A stretch of 63,938 bases of DNA, the filler included, from Octopus bimaculoides (Eukaryota), in assembly GCF_001194135.2 (NCBI RefSeq). It is 6 parts of 5 records of this genome, joined end to end, with 100 filler letters (N's around TTAATTAATTAA, not from the genome) between each part and the next. Parts side by side here need not be neighbours in the genome. Positions count along the whole stretch, not along the records: positions 21,745 to 38,244 come from NC_068983.1; positions 38,345 to 53,896 come from NC_068983.1; 4 more parts are not named here. One strand, given 5' to 3'. The position numbers and the translations under genes were made by a program. Positions 25,604 to 38,490 of this stretch are shown piece after piece. The notes beneath the pieces were generated by a model, which searched no databases, was not told where the DNA came from, and was given only the letters and a program-made list of their open reading frames with translations. The first letter of the stretch is position 1. Every line of letters begins with the position of its first letter.

Positions 25604-25685
<82 letters not shown>

Positions 25686-28234
25686 CCTGGGGATAGCCAT
25701 TGTGTCTTTTCCTCTTTCTTTCTCCTGATGCAATAATAAAAGACTGGCCTCATGTGCTAAGAATATTAATTTGTATTAGGAATTCTCGTTTATGCCAAAG
25801 TAATATCTATACAAAATGTAACTAGATTAAAGCTTAACTTTAATTCCACCATTACTGGAAGTTCCAGACTTGTGTACACATATATTTCTTTTCCATTAAC
25901 CATTTCCAAAATGTAAAATTTAATTTGTGGTTCCATATATGAATTCTTAAATTAAGTTCCTTTTATTTGTGCCAATCAATGTAAACATTTGGGAGATTAA
26001 TTTGCCAATATCTTAGCGACATCATTAAAATTACGTGTAAATTCCTACACACTGGACATCTTTAGACAATTGAGATGCACTACCAGAAGAGATGGAATCG
26101 CATAAATTTAAATTTTTATTATGCGAGATAGTTACCTTTTGCCTTTTACTTGTTTCAGTCATTGGGTTGTTGTCATGCTGCAGCACTACCTTGAAGCAAT
26201 TGAGGCTAGCAATTGGACCCTGCTTCTTATCGATTATTTTTACTGAATGGCTGAGTTACAGGGACATAAATAAACCAACACTGGCTGTCAGGTGGTGGTA
26301 GTGATGGGGAACAAACAAAAACATGAAGACACACATGTACACACACAGACACGCATACATACATACGTTCATATTTTTTAATTCTTTTACCTTTCTCAGA
26401 TGAATCGACCCCAGTTTTAAAGCCTGGTACTTATTCTATTGGTCTCTAATGCTGAACTGCTAGGTTTCGGGGGACATCAACGCACCAACATCGGTTCTCA
26501 AGTGGTGATGGTAGTGCGGGAAACAAAGCACAAAGACACAGGCATATATATGACAGGCTTCTAGATCTACTCTCCAGGCTTTTGTTACCCCAAGGCTGTA
26601 GTAGAAGACACTTCCCCTAGATACCATGCAGTGGGATTGAACCTGGAACCATGCAGTTTGGAAGCTGGCTTCTTATATACATGGAAGGTAGCTTGTATAT
26701 ATATATATAAATANNNNNNNNNNNNNNNNNNNNNNNNNNNNNNNNNNNNNNNNNNNNNNNNNNNNNNNNNNNNNNNNNNNNNNNNNNNNNNNNNNNNNNN
26801 NNNNNNNNNNNNNCAGCCTTGTCACACTGTGTCACGCTGAATATCCCCGAGAACTATGTTAGGCGTACACGTGTCTGTGGAGTGCTCAGCCACTTGCCTG
26901 TTAATTTCACGGGCAGGCTGTTCCATTGATCGGATCAACTGGAATCCAACAAATATAAGGGTAAAAATTGATATAAATTAGATTAATATCAATTTAAACC
27001 AGTAGCCTAGCATTTAGTTCTGCAAATTATATTTTCTATGTCTTGCTCACTTTACGTTCTGGCATTTGTCAAATTTTCTTGAGAACAATTCTTTCTTAAT
27101 GGTCAGACCATATGGGGTCTACATTTAGCATATTAGGAATCCACCTAGTGGTCATTCCTCTTATATATATNNNNNNNNNNNNNNNNNNNNNNNNNNNNNN
27201 NNNNNNNNNNNNNNNNNNNNNNNNNNNNNNNNNNNNNNNNNNNNNNNNNNNNNNNNNNNNNNNNNNNNNNNNNNNNNNNNNNNNNNNNNNNNNNNNNNNN
27301 NNNNNNNNNNNNNNNNNNNNNNNNNNNNNNNNNNNNNNNNNNNNNNNNNNNNNNNNNNNNNNNNNNNNNNNNNNNNNNNNNNNNNNNNNNNNNNNNNNNN
27401 NNNNNNNNNNNNNNNNNNNNNNNNNNNNNNNNNNNNNNNNNNNNNNNNNNNNNNNNNNNNNNNNNNNNNNNNNNNNNNNNNNNNNNNNNNNNNNNNNNNN
27501 NNNNNNNNNNNNNNNNNNNNNNNNNNNNNNNNNNNNNNNNNNNNNNNNNNNNNNNNNNNNNNNNNNNNNNNNNNNNNNNNNNNNNNNNNNNNNNNNNNNN
27601 NNNNNNNNNNNNNNNNNNNNNNNNNNNNNNNNNNNNNNNNNNNNNNNNNNNNNNNNNNNNNNNNNNNNNNNNNNNNNNNNNNNNNNNNNNNNNNNNNNNN
27701 NNNNNNNNNNNNNNNNNNNNNNNNNNNNNNNNNNNNNNNNNNNNNNNNNNNNNNNNNNNNNNNNNNNNNNNNNNNNNNNNNNNNNNNNNNNNNNNNNNNN
27801 NNNNNNNNNNNNNNNNNNNNNNNNNNNNNNNNNNNNNNNNNNNNNNNNNNNNNNNNNNNNNNNNNNNNNNNNNNNNNNNNNNNNNNNNNNNNNNNNNNNN
27901 NNNNNNNNNNNNNNNNNNNNNNNNNNNNNATACTTGCTGCCTAGTTCAATTTCAATTTAATTAAAATTCAAATTCAATTTCTATTTATCGTATACAAATG
28001 CAAAATTATGTGAAAAATATCAGAATAGTTTGTCTACATTGACTTTCAGAGAAGCTACTGCACTAACCATAAATTGTTACGAGTTTTCACAGATGTCATT
28101 ATGTTTTGATCGAAATTCTCCCAGAAGTAATTCCACGTCACTGAAGAAGATAGTTTTTTGAGATAAAATATTAAAAAAAAAAAAAAACAGAATAGATGCA
28201 CAAACTATAATTATTTGTAACAAATGTAAAATTC

Positions 28235-28625
28235 TTTTATTCGTTTACTTGTTTTAGTCGTTTGACTGCGGCCATGCTGGAGCACTGCCTTTAGTCAAAC
28301 AAACCGAACCCAGGACTTATTTTTTCTAAGCCTAGTATTTATTCTATCGGTTTCTCGGTTTCTTTTGCTGAACTGCTAAGTTACAGCGATGTAAACACAC
28401 CAACATCGGTTGTTAAGCAATGGTGGGGGGCAACCACAGGTACACAAATACATACATATACGACGGGCTTCTTTCAGTTTCTATCTATCAAAGTCCACTC
28501 ACAAAGCTTTGGTCGGCCCAAGGCTATGGTAGAAGACACTCGCCTACTGTACTATGCAGTGGGACTGAACCCGGAATTATATGGCTGAGAAGCAAGCTTC
28601 TTACCACACAGCCATTCCTGTACCT
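28235..28625 (-). mobile_element. SINE family A copy
   Basis: Reverse-complement match. Further partial copies at about 5230-5335, 6200-6460, 7290-7580, 12580-12660, 26130-26690, 38185-38244, 50611-50790 and 57760-58050. Confidence 0.8.
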
Positions 28626-31600
28626 ATATATATATANNNNNNNNNNNNNNNNNNNNNNNNNNNNNNNNNNNNNNNNNNNNNNNNNNNNNNNNNNNNNNNN
28701 NNNNNNNNNNNNNNNNNNNNNNNNNNNNNNNNNNNNNNNNNNNNNNNNNNNNNNNNNNNNNNNNNNNNNNNNNNNNNNNNNNNNNNNNNNNNNNNNNNNN
28801 NNNNNNNNNNNNNNNNNNNNNNNNNNNNNNNNNNNNNNNNNNNNNNNNNNNNNNNNNNNNNNNNNNNNNNNNNNNNNNNNNNNNNNNNNNNNNNNNNNNN
28901 NNNNNNNNNNNNNNNNNNNNNNNNNNNNNNNNNNNNNNNNNNNNNNNNNNNNNNNNNNNNNNNNNNNNNNNNNNNNNNNNNNNNNNNNNNNNNNNNNNNN
29001 NNNNNNNNNNNNNNNNNNNNNNNNNNNNNNNNNNNNNNNNNNNNNNNNNNNNNNNNNNNNNNNNNNNNNNNNNNNNNNNNNNNNNNNNNNNNNNNNNNNN
29101 NNNNNNNNNNNNNNNNNNNNNNNNNNNNNNNNNNNNNNNNNNNNNNNNNNNNNNNNNNNNNNNNNNNNNNNNNNNNNNNNNNNNNNNNNNNNNNNNNNNN
29201 NNNNNNNNNNNNNNNNNNNNNNNNNNNNNNNNNNNNNNNNNNNNNNNNNNNNNNNNNNNNNNNNNNNNNNNNNNNNNNNNNNNNNNNNNNNNNNNNNNNN
29301 NNNNNNNNNNNNNNNNNNNNNNNNNNNNNNNNNNNNNNNNNNNNNNNNNNNNNNNNNNNNNNNNATATATAACCTTTTACTTGTTTTAGTTATTAAACTA
29401 TGGTCATGCTGGGCATCGCCTTTAAAAATTTTGTCAAATGAATCAACCACAATATTTTTTTTAAGGCTGGTGATTATTCTGCCAAACCAATAAGTTACTG
29501 GGACATAAACACACCAACCCCGGTTGCCAAGTGATGGATAAACACAGAGACAAAGACTCACTTATATGCCACAGTCATTTCATCATGTTCAACCGTTAAT
29601 TTCTACACATTTTTTTCATTCTGTCACCATTTTTCCTCCTCTCAGTTCTTTCTGTCAAAGAGCAGAGGCTCAAAATGCCAAGGGCTTTTCCATTCTTCCA
29701 AAGCATTAAACTAATACACCTGCTTGTTGTTCCTTTACCTGTCTTCGTTGTTTGTTTTCTGTAAATTTGAAATATATATTGGGCCTCACAGAGGCAATGA
29801 CCGACACCTTTGGCATTATGTCATGCTTGAGAAAAAGACCCATCAAGCCAAGCAAGGCTGCAGTCAAGGCAGATGCCAGTGTCGCACAAATGGCACCCAT
29901 GCCAGTGGTTTGTAAAAGCATCCATTATACTCTGAGTGTTTGGCGTTGGGAAGGGCATCCAGCTGTAGAAAACCATGCCAAATCAGATTGGAGTCTGGTG
30001 CGGCCTTCCAGCTTACCAGCCCTGGTCAAATTGTCCAACCCATGCCAGCATGGGCAACGGACATTAAAGGATGATGATTATGGTGATTCTGTTTTTTTTT
30101 TTTTTTCTTGATGGGAATATATAATCCAAGTGGATATCATATGTGCTTCTACCAATTGATAATGCTGGTTAGCATGTGTGAGATTATGCACTTTCATTTG
30201 GTTGGTTTAACTGTTCTTCGTACATTGTCATATCTGATAATCCAGTTGTCTCTACAAAAGGCTACGCTTTTTGCTAGAGAAGAAATAAAAAGTTGGATAT
30301 TCTCTATTGTCCTTAAACTGCTACATTTTTATNNNNNNNNNNNNNNNNNNNNNNNNNNNNNNNNNNNNNNNNNNNNNNNNNNNNNNNNNNNNNNNNNNNN
30401 NNNNNNNNNNNNNNNNNNNNNNNNNNNNNNNNNNNNNNNNNNNNNNNNNNNNNNNNNNNNNNNNNNNNNNNNNNNNNNNNNNNNNNNNNNNNNNNNNNNN
30501 NNNNNNNNNNNNNNNNNNNNNNNNNNNNNNNNNNNNNNNNNNNNNNNNNNNNNNNNNNNNNNNNNNNNNNNNNNNNNNNNNNNNNNNNNNNNNNNNNNNN
30601 NNNNNNNNNNNNNNNNNNNNNNNNNNNNNNNNNNNNNNNNNNNNNNNNNNNNNNNNNNNNNNNNNNNNNNNNNNNNNNNNNNNNNNNNNNNNNNNNNNNN
30701 NNNNNNNNNNNNNNNNNNNNNNNNNNNNNNNNNNNNNNNNNNNNNNNNNNNNNNTGTGAATATTTATGAAAAAAATTGTTATGCATCATAAAATTATATT
30801 AGTAAACAAAGATTAAAAATGTAGTTTGAGAATAAAAAAACAAAACAAACATTTTTATATGATGTGATGTTATTGTTTAAAATTACAAAATGACTTTCAA
30901 AAAATTGATGCCATTTAAGTTTGTAGAAACATTCAGTCATCGTAATTATTAATTTTTGATTTTTTTTTTTTTTTTTTACAATTCTACACAAGGTTTTATT
31001 TACATAAAGATTGAATCACAATTTAAATACAAAGAAAAAGAAAATAAGTGGAAGGTCGGAATTAAGTAGCAAGAGATGGTGGGAAGGGTGTACAGCCCGG
31101 AACAAATTGAGCGTTCATCTGTGCCCTGTGAACGTGACTGCAATGGCGTTGCCATGGAGAATGGTTAGCAATGCTAGCTACAGCAGCCACTTCACCTTTC
31201 AGAGCTCATAACGGTTTCCATATATATCCTTTCTACTGGAAGCACAAGTCCTCAAATTTGGGGGAAGAGATTAAGTCGATAACATCGACCCCAGTGCGTA
31301 ACTGGTACTAATTTTATCAACCCCGAAAGGATGAAAGACAAAATCAACCTTGGTGGAATTTAAACTCAGAACATAATGGCAGACGAAATACCACTAAGCA
31401 TTTTGCTGGGAGTGCTAACGAGTCTTCTAGCTCGCCACCTTAATGATAATTACATAAATATCATTGGTATAGATTGATACAATCGCTTGTGCCATGGAAG
31501 AATGCTTTGCATTAAATGGTCTCAGTCATCAAGGTCATCAAACAAAGTGTCATGTAATTGTCGGAGTAAATTTCATTGCCTATATCTCCCACCTGAAACT

Positions 31601-31659
31601 CTGCTGTTTTGTAATAGTGCCAAAAACCATTAATATTAAACAAGCTAACAGCACCTGCT

Positions 31660-31754
31660 GAGCGGGATCATCCGAGCAGGATCATCCGAGCAGGATCATC
31701 CGAGCAGGATCATCCGAGCAGGATCATCCGAGCAGGATCATCCGAGTGGGATCA
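31660..31754. repeat. 14-bp minisatellite GAGCAGGATCATCC, six units plus a partial
   Basis: Units read directly; five are identical. Confidence 0.95.
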
Positions 31755-31779
31755 CTGCCAGAGCAGCAGTCCTGCTTCC

Positions 31780-32137
31780 TTGCGGTGGCATGTAAAAAGC
31801 ACCATTTGAGCACGATAGTTTCCAGATTCGCCTTACTGGCACTCGTGCCGGTGGCATGTCAACAAAACATTGGACTGACTCCTGTGCAGGTGGCACGTAG
31901 AAAACACCATTTGAGCGTGGTCGTTGCCAGTACTGCCGGACTGGCCCTCATGCCGGTGGCACGTAAAAAGCACCCACTACAGTCTCAGAGTGGTTGGCGT
32001 TAGGAAGGGAATCCATCTGTAGAAACTCTGCCAGATCATATTGGAGTCTGGTGTTGCCATCTGGCTCACCAGTCCTCAGTCAAATCGTCCAACCCATGCT
32101 AGCATGGAAAACGGACGTTAAATGATGATGACGATGA
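31780..32137 (+). mobile_element. RTE-tail-like repeat family D with (GAT)n tail
   Basis: Modules GCCGGTGGCACGTAAAAAGCACC, then GTTAGGAAGGG.ATCCA...AACCCATGC.AGCATGGAAA..GGACGTTAAATGATGATG. Other copies at about 745-940, 2091-2400(-), 2690-2945(-), 5541-5745(-), 8369-8557, 25455-25597, 29760-30080, 33300-33512 and 35330-35612. Longer copies encode LGLTEAMTTDRDLWKCAVREKT, resembling an RTE C-terminus. Confidence 0.8.
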
Positions 32138-33213
32138 AGTTGTACCCATAGAAATTCCATGGTTATTTTGAAAATTGCAAGATAGAATTGTGAATATTTC
32201 TGAAGCATTTGATTCTTGAGGTGGTAAAGTCCACTAAGCTAGAAGTACTGGAGGTGCAATCTAAAGAAACAGTATCACTGGAAGCTATTTTCATATATCA
32301 GCTACTTTGTGAGTTGTTTTTTTCACTTTACATCAAGAAGTGAACAATCTTAACTATGGAACAAAATCAGACATTCTTCTGTTACTGTTTGCTGGAAACA
32401 TTCTAACAAATCTTAATGTGGTTATTCATAAAGTGTTGCCTATTAAAGCATTTTCTACAACTGCATTGTCTTCAGTAAGCATATACTCACTCACATTGTC
32501 TGTTTGTCTGTCTTCAACTAACTAAGTAAGCTATATAACAATAGCAGTCCCTTTCTCCTAGCTTTCACCACTAACATTCTTCTCTCTCTTTCTTTTAGCT
32601 GCCCCATTCAACTAACCATTTCACAGCATCACTCATTTGGCTCTGCTGGAACCAAACTTGGGAAGCAAACTTCTTACCCCACAGTTTCTTACTGTTTGAA
32701 AGTGACTATCAAAATTCCTTGCTAATTTATGTTGCAAACGTACTAACAATTCAGCGCTTGATTAATTCAATGATATATTGTTGAAGGTAATGCTCCAGCA
32801 TGACTTCAGTTTGACTAAAACAAGTAGAAGACAATAGATAATTTGATTCTAAACATATCTGCGTCTCATAATCCATTTGGTCAAATAATACCAGTGAAGA
32901 CATTTATCTCATTTCATCTATCGGTTTGACAGAGCCTCTTTCCCAGAATTCTGTAAGAAAAAAGCAAAACTAACGTTGGCAACCTAATGAAACAATCATG
33001 AATATTTTTATTGTGTTGCAGTTCCTTTCAGTAATGTGTGCTCCTATTCTGAGCTATCCATTTACAGTTAAATGAACCAAACTAATCCCTTTAGAATTAA
33101 ATATCTTAAGAATAACTACAAGACAGTACCAGTGACAAGATACAAAATGATAGCTTCTTAATTAATTCTCCAGCACTCCACCAGTTAATCCATTCTAAAA
33201 ACGGGTTTGTAAA

Positions 33214-33330
33214 AAGCACTGGTGATGGTGAAACATAAATGTACAGGTGATGGTACGATATTGAAAGCACTGGTGATGGTACCATATTGAAAGCATTGGT
33301 GATGGTACCATATTGAAAGCACTGGTGATG
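33214..33330. repeat. About 26-bp minisatellite AAAGCACTGGTGATGGTACCATATTG, 3-4 units
   Basis: Read directly at the 5' end of a family D copy. Confidence 0.85.
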
Positions 33331-35152
33331 GTACCACATAGAAACCACTCGGTACTCTGTAAAGTGGTTGTCATTCAGAAGGACATCCTGCAGTAGAAAC
33401 CATGCCAAAATACACTATGGAGTGGGTGGCAGCTCAGCTGCTTGCTAGCTCCTGCCAAACCATCAAACCCATGCCAGCATAGAAAAACAGACGTTAAATG
33501 ATGATGACGATTATTCTTTGGTAAAACACCCATTTGTACAAAACTGATACTTATCTCTATTTTATAATTTTTCTACTCTAGGCACAAGGCCCAAAATTTT
33601 GGGAGAGGGAGCCAGTCGATTAGATCGACCCCAGTGCTCAACTGGTACTTATTTTATCGACTCCGAATGGATGAAAGGCAAAATCAACCCTGGTGGAATT
33701 TGAATTCCTCAGAATGTACAGATGGACAAAATGCTGCTAAAGATTTTGTCCAGGGTGTTAACGATTCTGCCAGCTTGCTACCTTATCTATTTCTGTGTAA
33801 ATTTAATCCAATGCATGTTTCTTAAAGGCATAATGACCTTCCCAAGATGCCACAAAATTTGTTTTAGCACATCAAGAACATTGGAAACCAGATACAAAAA
33901 ATGAAATGCGCAAGAATTTATCAAAAAAAGTTATGAAATTTTCTAAAGAATAACATATCAGAGTTATGCAATTTTCTAAGAAAAGCAGAAAAGTTCTTTG
34001 ACAAAATTCCCATGAAGAATAATAAGGTGAATACTATTAATATTGATTAAATGCAGTGATGGTTAAAGAACTTGGAATTATACAGAAAGAAAAGAAAAAT
34101 CAGTTGGGTGTATTTTTTTTTTAAATCCTGGATCCGATATTGAAATAATTTGCATGTTCTGGTGCAATTTACCATAAACAGTGGAATTTGGTGAACCAAA
34201 AAGGAAGTCACTGTGTGATCACCCAAGCAGTTTGAAATTCAACAGAATCCTTCTTAAACCTCAGCCAACAGTCTTAAAGTGATAAGGACTCATTGGAAAA
34301 TATGTAGAAGGAGGGATTATGTCTGAATACAAAGTGAAAAAGCCATGGTTGGAACAATTTTGATCAAGGCTGAAACTTGCTAAACAACAGCAATAGAGGG
34401 AAGGACCATAGTTTGGCACCTTCATATAAAATAACTTCAATTTTTATTATTCTGGGGTTAATTAAAGTGGTGAGCTGGCCGAATTGTTAGCTTACAGGGC
34501 AAAATGCTTAGCGGTATTTCATCTGCCATTAGGTTCTGAGTTCAAATTCCACCACGGTTGACTTTGCTTTTCATCCTTTCGGGGTCAATTAAACAAGTAC
34601 CAGTTACATACTGGGGTTCAATGTAATCAACTTGATACCTTCTCCCAAATTTGAAGCCTTGTGCTTCCAGTGGAAAGGATTATTTTAGTATCAATTATTA
34701 AGTACCTGTGAAAAACCCCCAAAATTTCAGGCCTTGTGCTTATAGTAGAAAGGATTATTTTAGCGTCAGTTTAGGCAGTGCCTGGCAGAATTGATAACAG
34801 TATGGCTAAATACTTAGCGGCATTTGGTCAGCCTTTACATTTTGTGTTCAAATTCTGCAAGGGTCGATTCTGCCGATCATACTTCCAGGGTCAATAAAGT
34901 AAGTACTAGTTTTGAATAAAAAAAATAAAAAAAAAACAAACAAAAAAACAAAGTTACCAGGCTGCACCAGTCTGCAGTCATCAGAGCTATATAAAAAAAT
35001 TGTTAAAATATTTTATGTCTTGTAGATGTATAACTAATGTATCGCTCATAAACTTAAACCCCAAGATTCCGAGTCCGATTCCAGACAGTGACCTGAATAA
35101 TAATAACAAAAAATACCTTAAGAATGAGAACCCAGGTTCGAAATTTCCTCAA

Positions 35153-35198
35153 GACACCTGATGAAGGATGGTGGGTATATCAGCTGAAACATTGTGTT
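35153..35198 (+). ncRNA. Minimal type I hammerhead-ribozyme-like motif in a dispersed repeat (about 35040-35230)
   Basis: GACAC-CTGATGA-(aggatg..cagct)-GAAAC-ATT-GTGTT. Core and stem I are present; stems II and III carry mismatches. Confidence 0.6.
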
Positions 35199-37068
35199 AA
35201 CAAGAAACAAATGTAAATAAAGTAAATAATTTAACAAGAAAATCTTAGAAGGACCCTGGTTGAGAACCACTGGTCTACATTGTGTCATGTTTCCTTTTTA
35301 GTTTTTGAGTCATACTCCCCTGCAGAAATCTCCAGACTGATCCTTCTGGTTGTGTCCGTACAGTTCCTTGTAAAAGCACCTATGTGGCAACACATAAAAC
35401 TCCCGTGTGGTTCCTCATAAAAGTGTCCATGGAGTACCATGAAAAAGCACCCAGCACACTCTGCAACCACACTCTGGTTGGCATTAGGAAGGGCATCCAA
35501 CCATAGAAACCATTCCACAACAGACAAGAGCCTCGTGCAGCTCACCACCTCTGGTCACACTGTCCAAACCATGCCAGCATGGACAACGGACGTTAAATAA
35601 ATGAATGATGATGGCTAGGATTATGATTTGAAAGAATTTTGCTACTATTTCTAGCAAACTGAATAACCATACAGAAGCCTTCCAGGCAGGTTTGTATTAT
35701 AGCTTTTTAGCCACGCTCAGTCTATGTAGCTTTTTCTTACTGTGTCGTTCTTCTTGTTGTTGTTACTGTTTCTTTGTATTATTGAATTCTTACAGATAGG
35801 ACATGACATGTTCCTGAGAAAAAGAAGCATTTCTTTTGTTGCTTTCCTCTGTTTCATTTTGTTTTGTTTTGTCTTTTCCTCCCCCCCCCATTCTCTGCCT
35901 TCCGCCATCGCCTCGTCTCATTTACAATCATCTGCCTTCTAAACTCTTCCATGTTTCTTTACTGTTCAGCTGTCTCCCTCATATCAGCAACAACAAGCTT
36001 TGATTGGTTGTCAATTAGCCAATGAAGCAGGTATTTTCAACACATTCGTTTTCTTATAATGAAGTTCGTGGAAAGAATAAACGATCTGAGTTTTTTTTTT
36101 CATTTAGTTTTTTTTTTTTTGTTATTATTGTTTTTCTTTGTATCTTATTCGTGTGACAGAATCACTTCTAATTCCTCAGAGAACAGTTTTTTTGTTGTTG
36201 TTGGTCAAATGGCTGTGTGTGCGTGTATGTGTGTGCGTGTGTTAGTATGACTTGTATGGAACTATGTGTGAGGTTGTGTACATATATTCACATGCATTCA
36301 TGTATACGTACACATGCTTGTTTACACATATACACAACATTCATGCACATACTCACTTCTGCTCACACATACACGCACTTGTGCACATACTTAGGCTCAC
36401 ACACACACTTCTGCATGTTCACACACATACACACTTGTGCACACACACATATACAGTCATGCTATGCACACACATACTCACACGTGTACGCACACACTCA
36501 TGCACACGCGCACACTCATGCACACACATACACACACATGCATTCACACACATTAGTGCACACACATACACACACTCATGCACACACACATTCGTACACA
36601 CACACACACATTCATGCACACACAAACATTCATGCACACACACATGCATATACAAACACACACTCATGCACACACACACATCCATGCACATACACACATT
36701 CATTCATGCACAAACACACTCATGCGCACACACACTCATGCACACACACACACACACTCTCATGCACATACTCCCCACTATCAGAGACATCCAACACCCA
36801 CCCCACTCACACATATAAAAGAAAGCAAAATGTGTCATTAGTGTTCGATGTGATAGTGTACAGAGTTGTGTTCACGTGTTGAATTGCTAATTAGGAAAAC
36901 AAAACAAAAAAAAATCAATGCTAAAAAAAAAAGAAGAAACGAGCATCTTTGAAGATTTTGCAGCTCCATAAAGTAGCACCATTTCAACTTTGGTATATTT
37001 AGCTAATACAAACACATTGCAGACATGTGCATCATCTCCGACGAAAATACCGTTTACTTTGATTGTGT

Positions 37069-37447
37069 GGAGGCGCAATGGCCCAGTGGTTAGGGAAGCA
37101 TACTCGCAGTCATAGGATCACGGTTTCGATTCCCATACCGGCCGCTGTGAGTTTTTATTGAGCGAAAACACCTAAAGCTCCATGAAGCTCCGGCAAGGAG
37201 TGCTTGCGAACCCTGCTGTCTTCTTTCACCACCACTTTCTTTTGCTCTTACTTCCTGTTTCTGTTACACGTGTATTTCAGAGGGGCCAGCTTTGTCAACC
37301 TCTGTGTCATGCTGAATCTCCCCAAGAACTGCGTTAAGGGTACATGTGTCTGTGGAGTGCTCAGCCACTTGCACGTTAATTTCATGAGCAGGCTGTCCTG
37401 TTGATCGGATCAACTGGAACCCTTGTCATTGTAACCGACGGAGTGCC
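37069..37447 (+). mobile_element. SINE family C, full copy
   Basis: Aligns end to end with the 57028 copy; a 3' fragment also lies at 26813-26945. Confidence 0.88.
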
Positions 37448-38115
37448 ACGACTTTGTGTTAGTACATCGCCTGAAAGTGTTTGATTGACATAGTTACATT
37501 ATTTCTCCAGTGGTCTGCATCTTTTTGTTGTTTTTTTTTTATTGAATAGGTATGGTTTTCGTAAGTCTTGTCCTGGAGTTGGCAAAGGGATCAGTAATGT
37601 CTATTGTTTTTTTTTAAGGTGTCGAGAAGCACCTGAAATGATTTGGTGTAAAGTGACGAATGTATAGCACAAACTTGGTTTTATACCTGTCCCAGCTTAA
37701 AGGTAAGGTCATGCTGCAGCACCCGCAGCACTATAGGTTGTGTTTACATCTCTTGACTTTCTGTAGACATCCCCTGTCTAAGTAGTACTAGATGCAATAT
37801 TATGAAGAAGGCAGCGGTGAGCCGGCAGATACGTTAGCACGCTGGGTAAAATGCTTAGCGGTATTTCGTCTGTTTTTACATTCTGAGTTCAAATTCCACC
37901 GTGGTTGACTTTGTCTTTCATCCTTTGGGGATCGATAAATTAAGTACCAGTTGTGTACTAGGGATCGATCTAATCAACTGGTTGAAAAAAATGAAGCCAG
38001 TATGCTTTGCTGGATGTGCAACGTCAATGTGCATTTCAGTTCTATATTTAATAGATGAGGAATTATGTACATTATTTACATTTGACGGATATTTATCCTC
38101 ATCTTGCTTGTTGTT

Positions 38116-38161
38116 AGCACAACATTTCGGCTGATATACCCTCCAGTCTTCATCAGGTGTC
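38116..38161 (-). ncRNA. Second copy of the hammerhead-like motif
   Basis: Minus strand reads GACAC-CTGATGA-agactg..cagcc-GAAAT-GTT-GTGCT; flanks match the 35120-35215 copy. Confidence 0.6.
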
Positions 38162-38344
38162 TTGGGGAAATTTCGAACCTGTGTTCTCATTCCGTCCACC
38201 GAATCCACTCGCAAAGATTTGGTTGGTCCGAGGCCATAGTAGAANNNNNNNNNNNNNNNNNNNNNNNNNNNNNNNNNNNNNNNNNNNNTTAATTAATTAA
38301 NNNNNNNNNNNNNNNNNNNNNNNNNNNNNNNNNNNNNNNNNNNN

Positions 38345-38395
<51 letters not shown>

Positions 38396-38406
38396 CATAA
38401 TCATTC

Positions 38407-38473
<67 letters not shown>

Positions 38474-38490
38474 CAATAATAATAATAATA
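38345..38490. repeat. Abutting (TTA)n and (TAA)n tracts forming an inverted microsatellite
   Basis: Read directly. Confidence 0.9.

Noticed and set aside
31660-31754. CRISPR-like array
   Set aside because: Units are contiguous with no spacers, the context is eukaryotic, and there are no cas genes.
32195-32310. Frame HLILEVVKSTKLEVLEVQSKETVSLE as the next CABIT exon
   Set aside because: Weak acceptor and only faint similarity; not supportable without transcripts.
36001-36025. Opposed CCAAT boxes
   Set aside because: Short motifs with no linked transcript start; chance occurrence is likely.
37069-37140. tRNA gene at SINE heads (also 8587, 57030, 60241)
   Set aside because: These are multi-copy heads continuing into SINE bodies; no complete cloverleaf could be supported.
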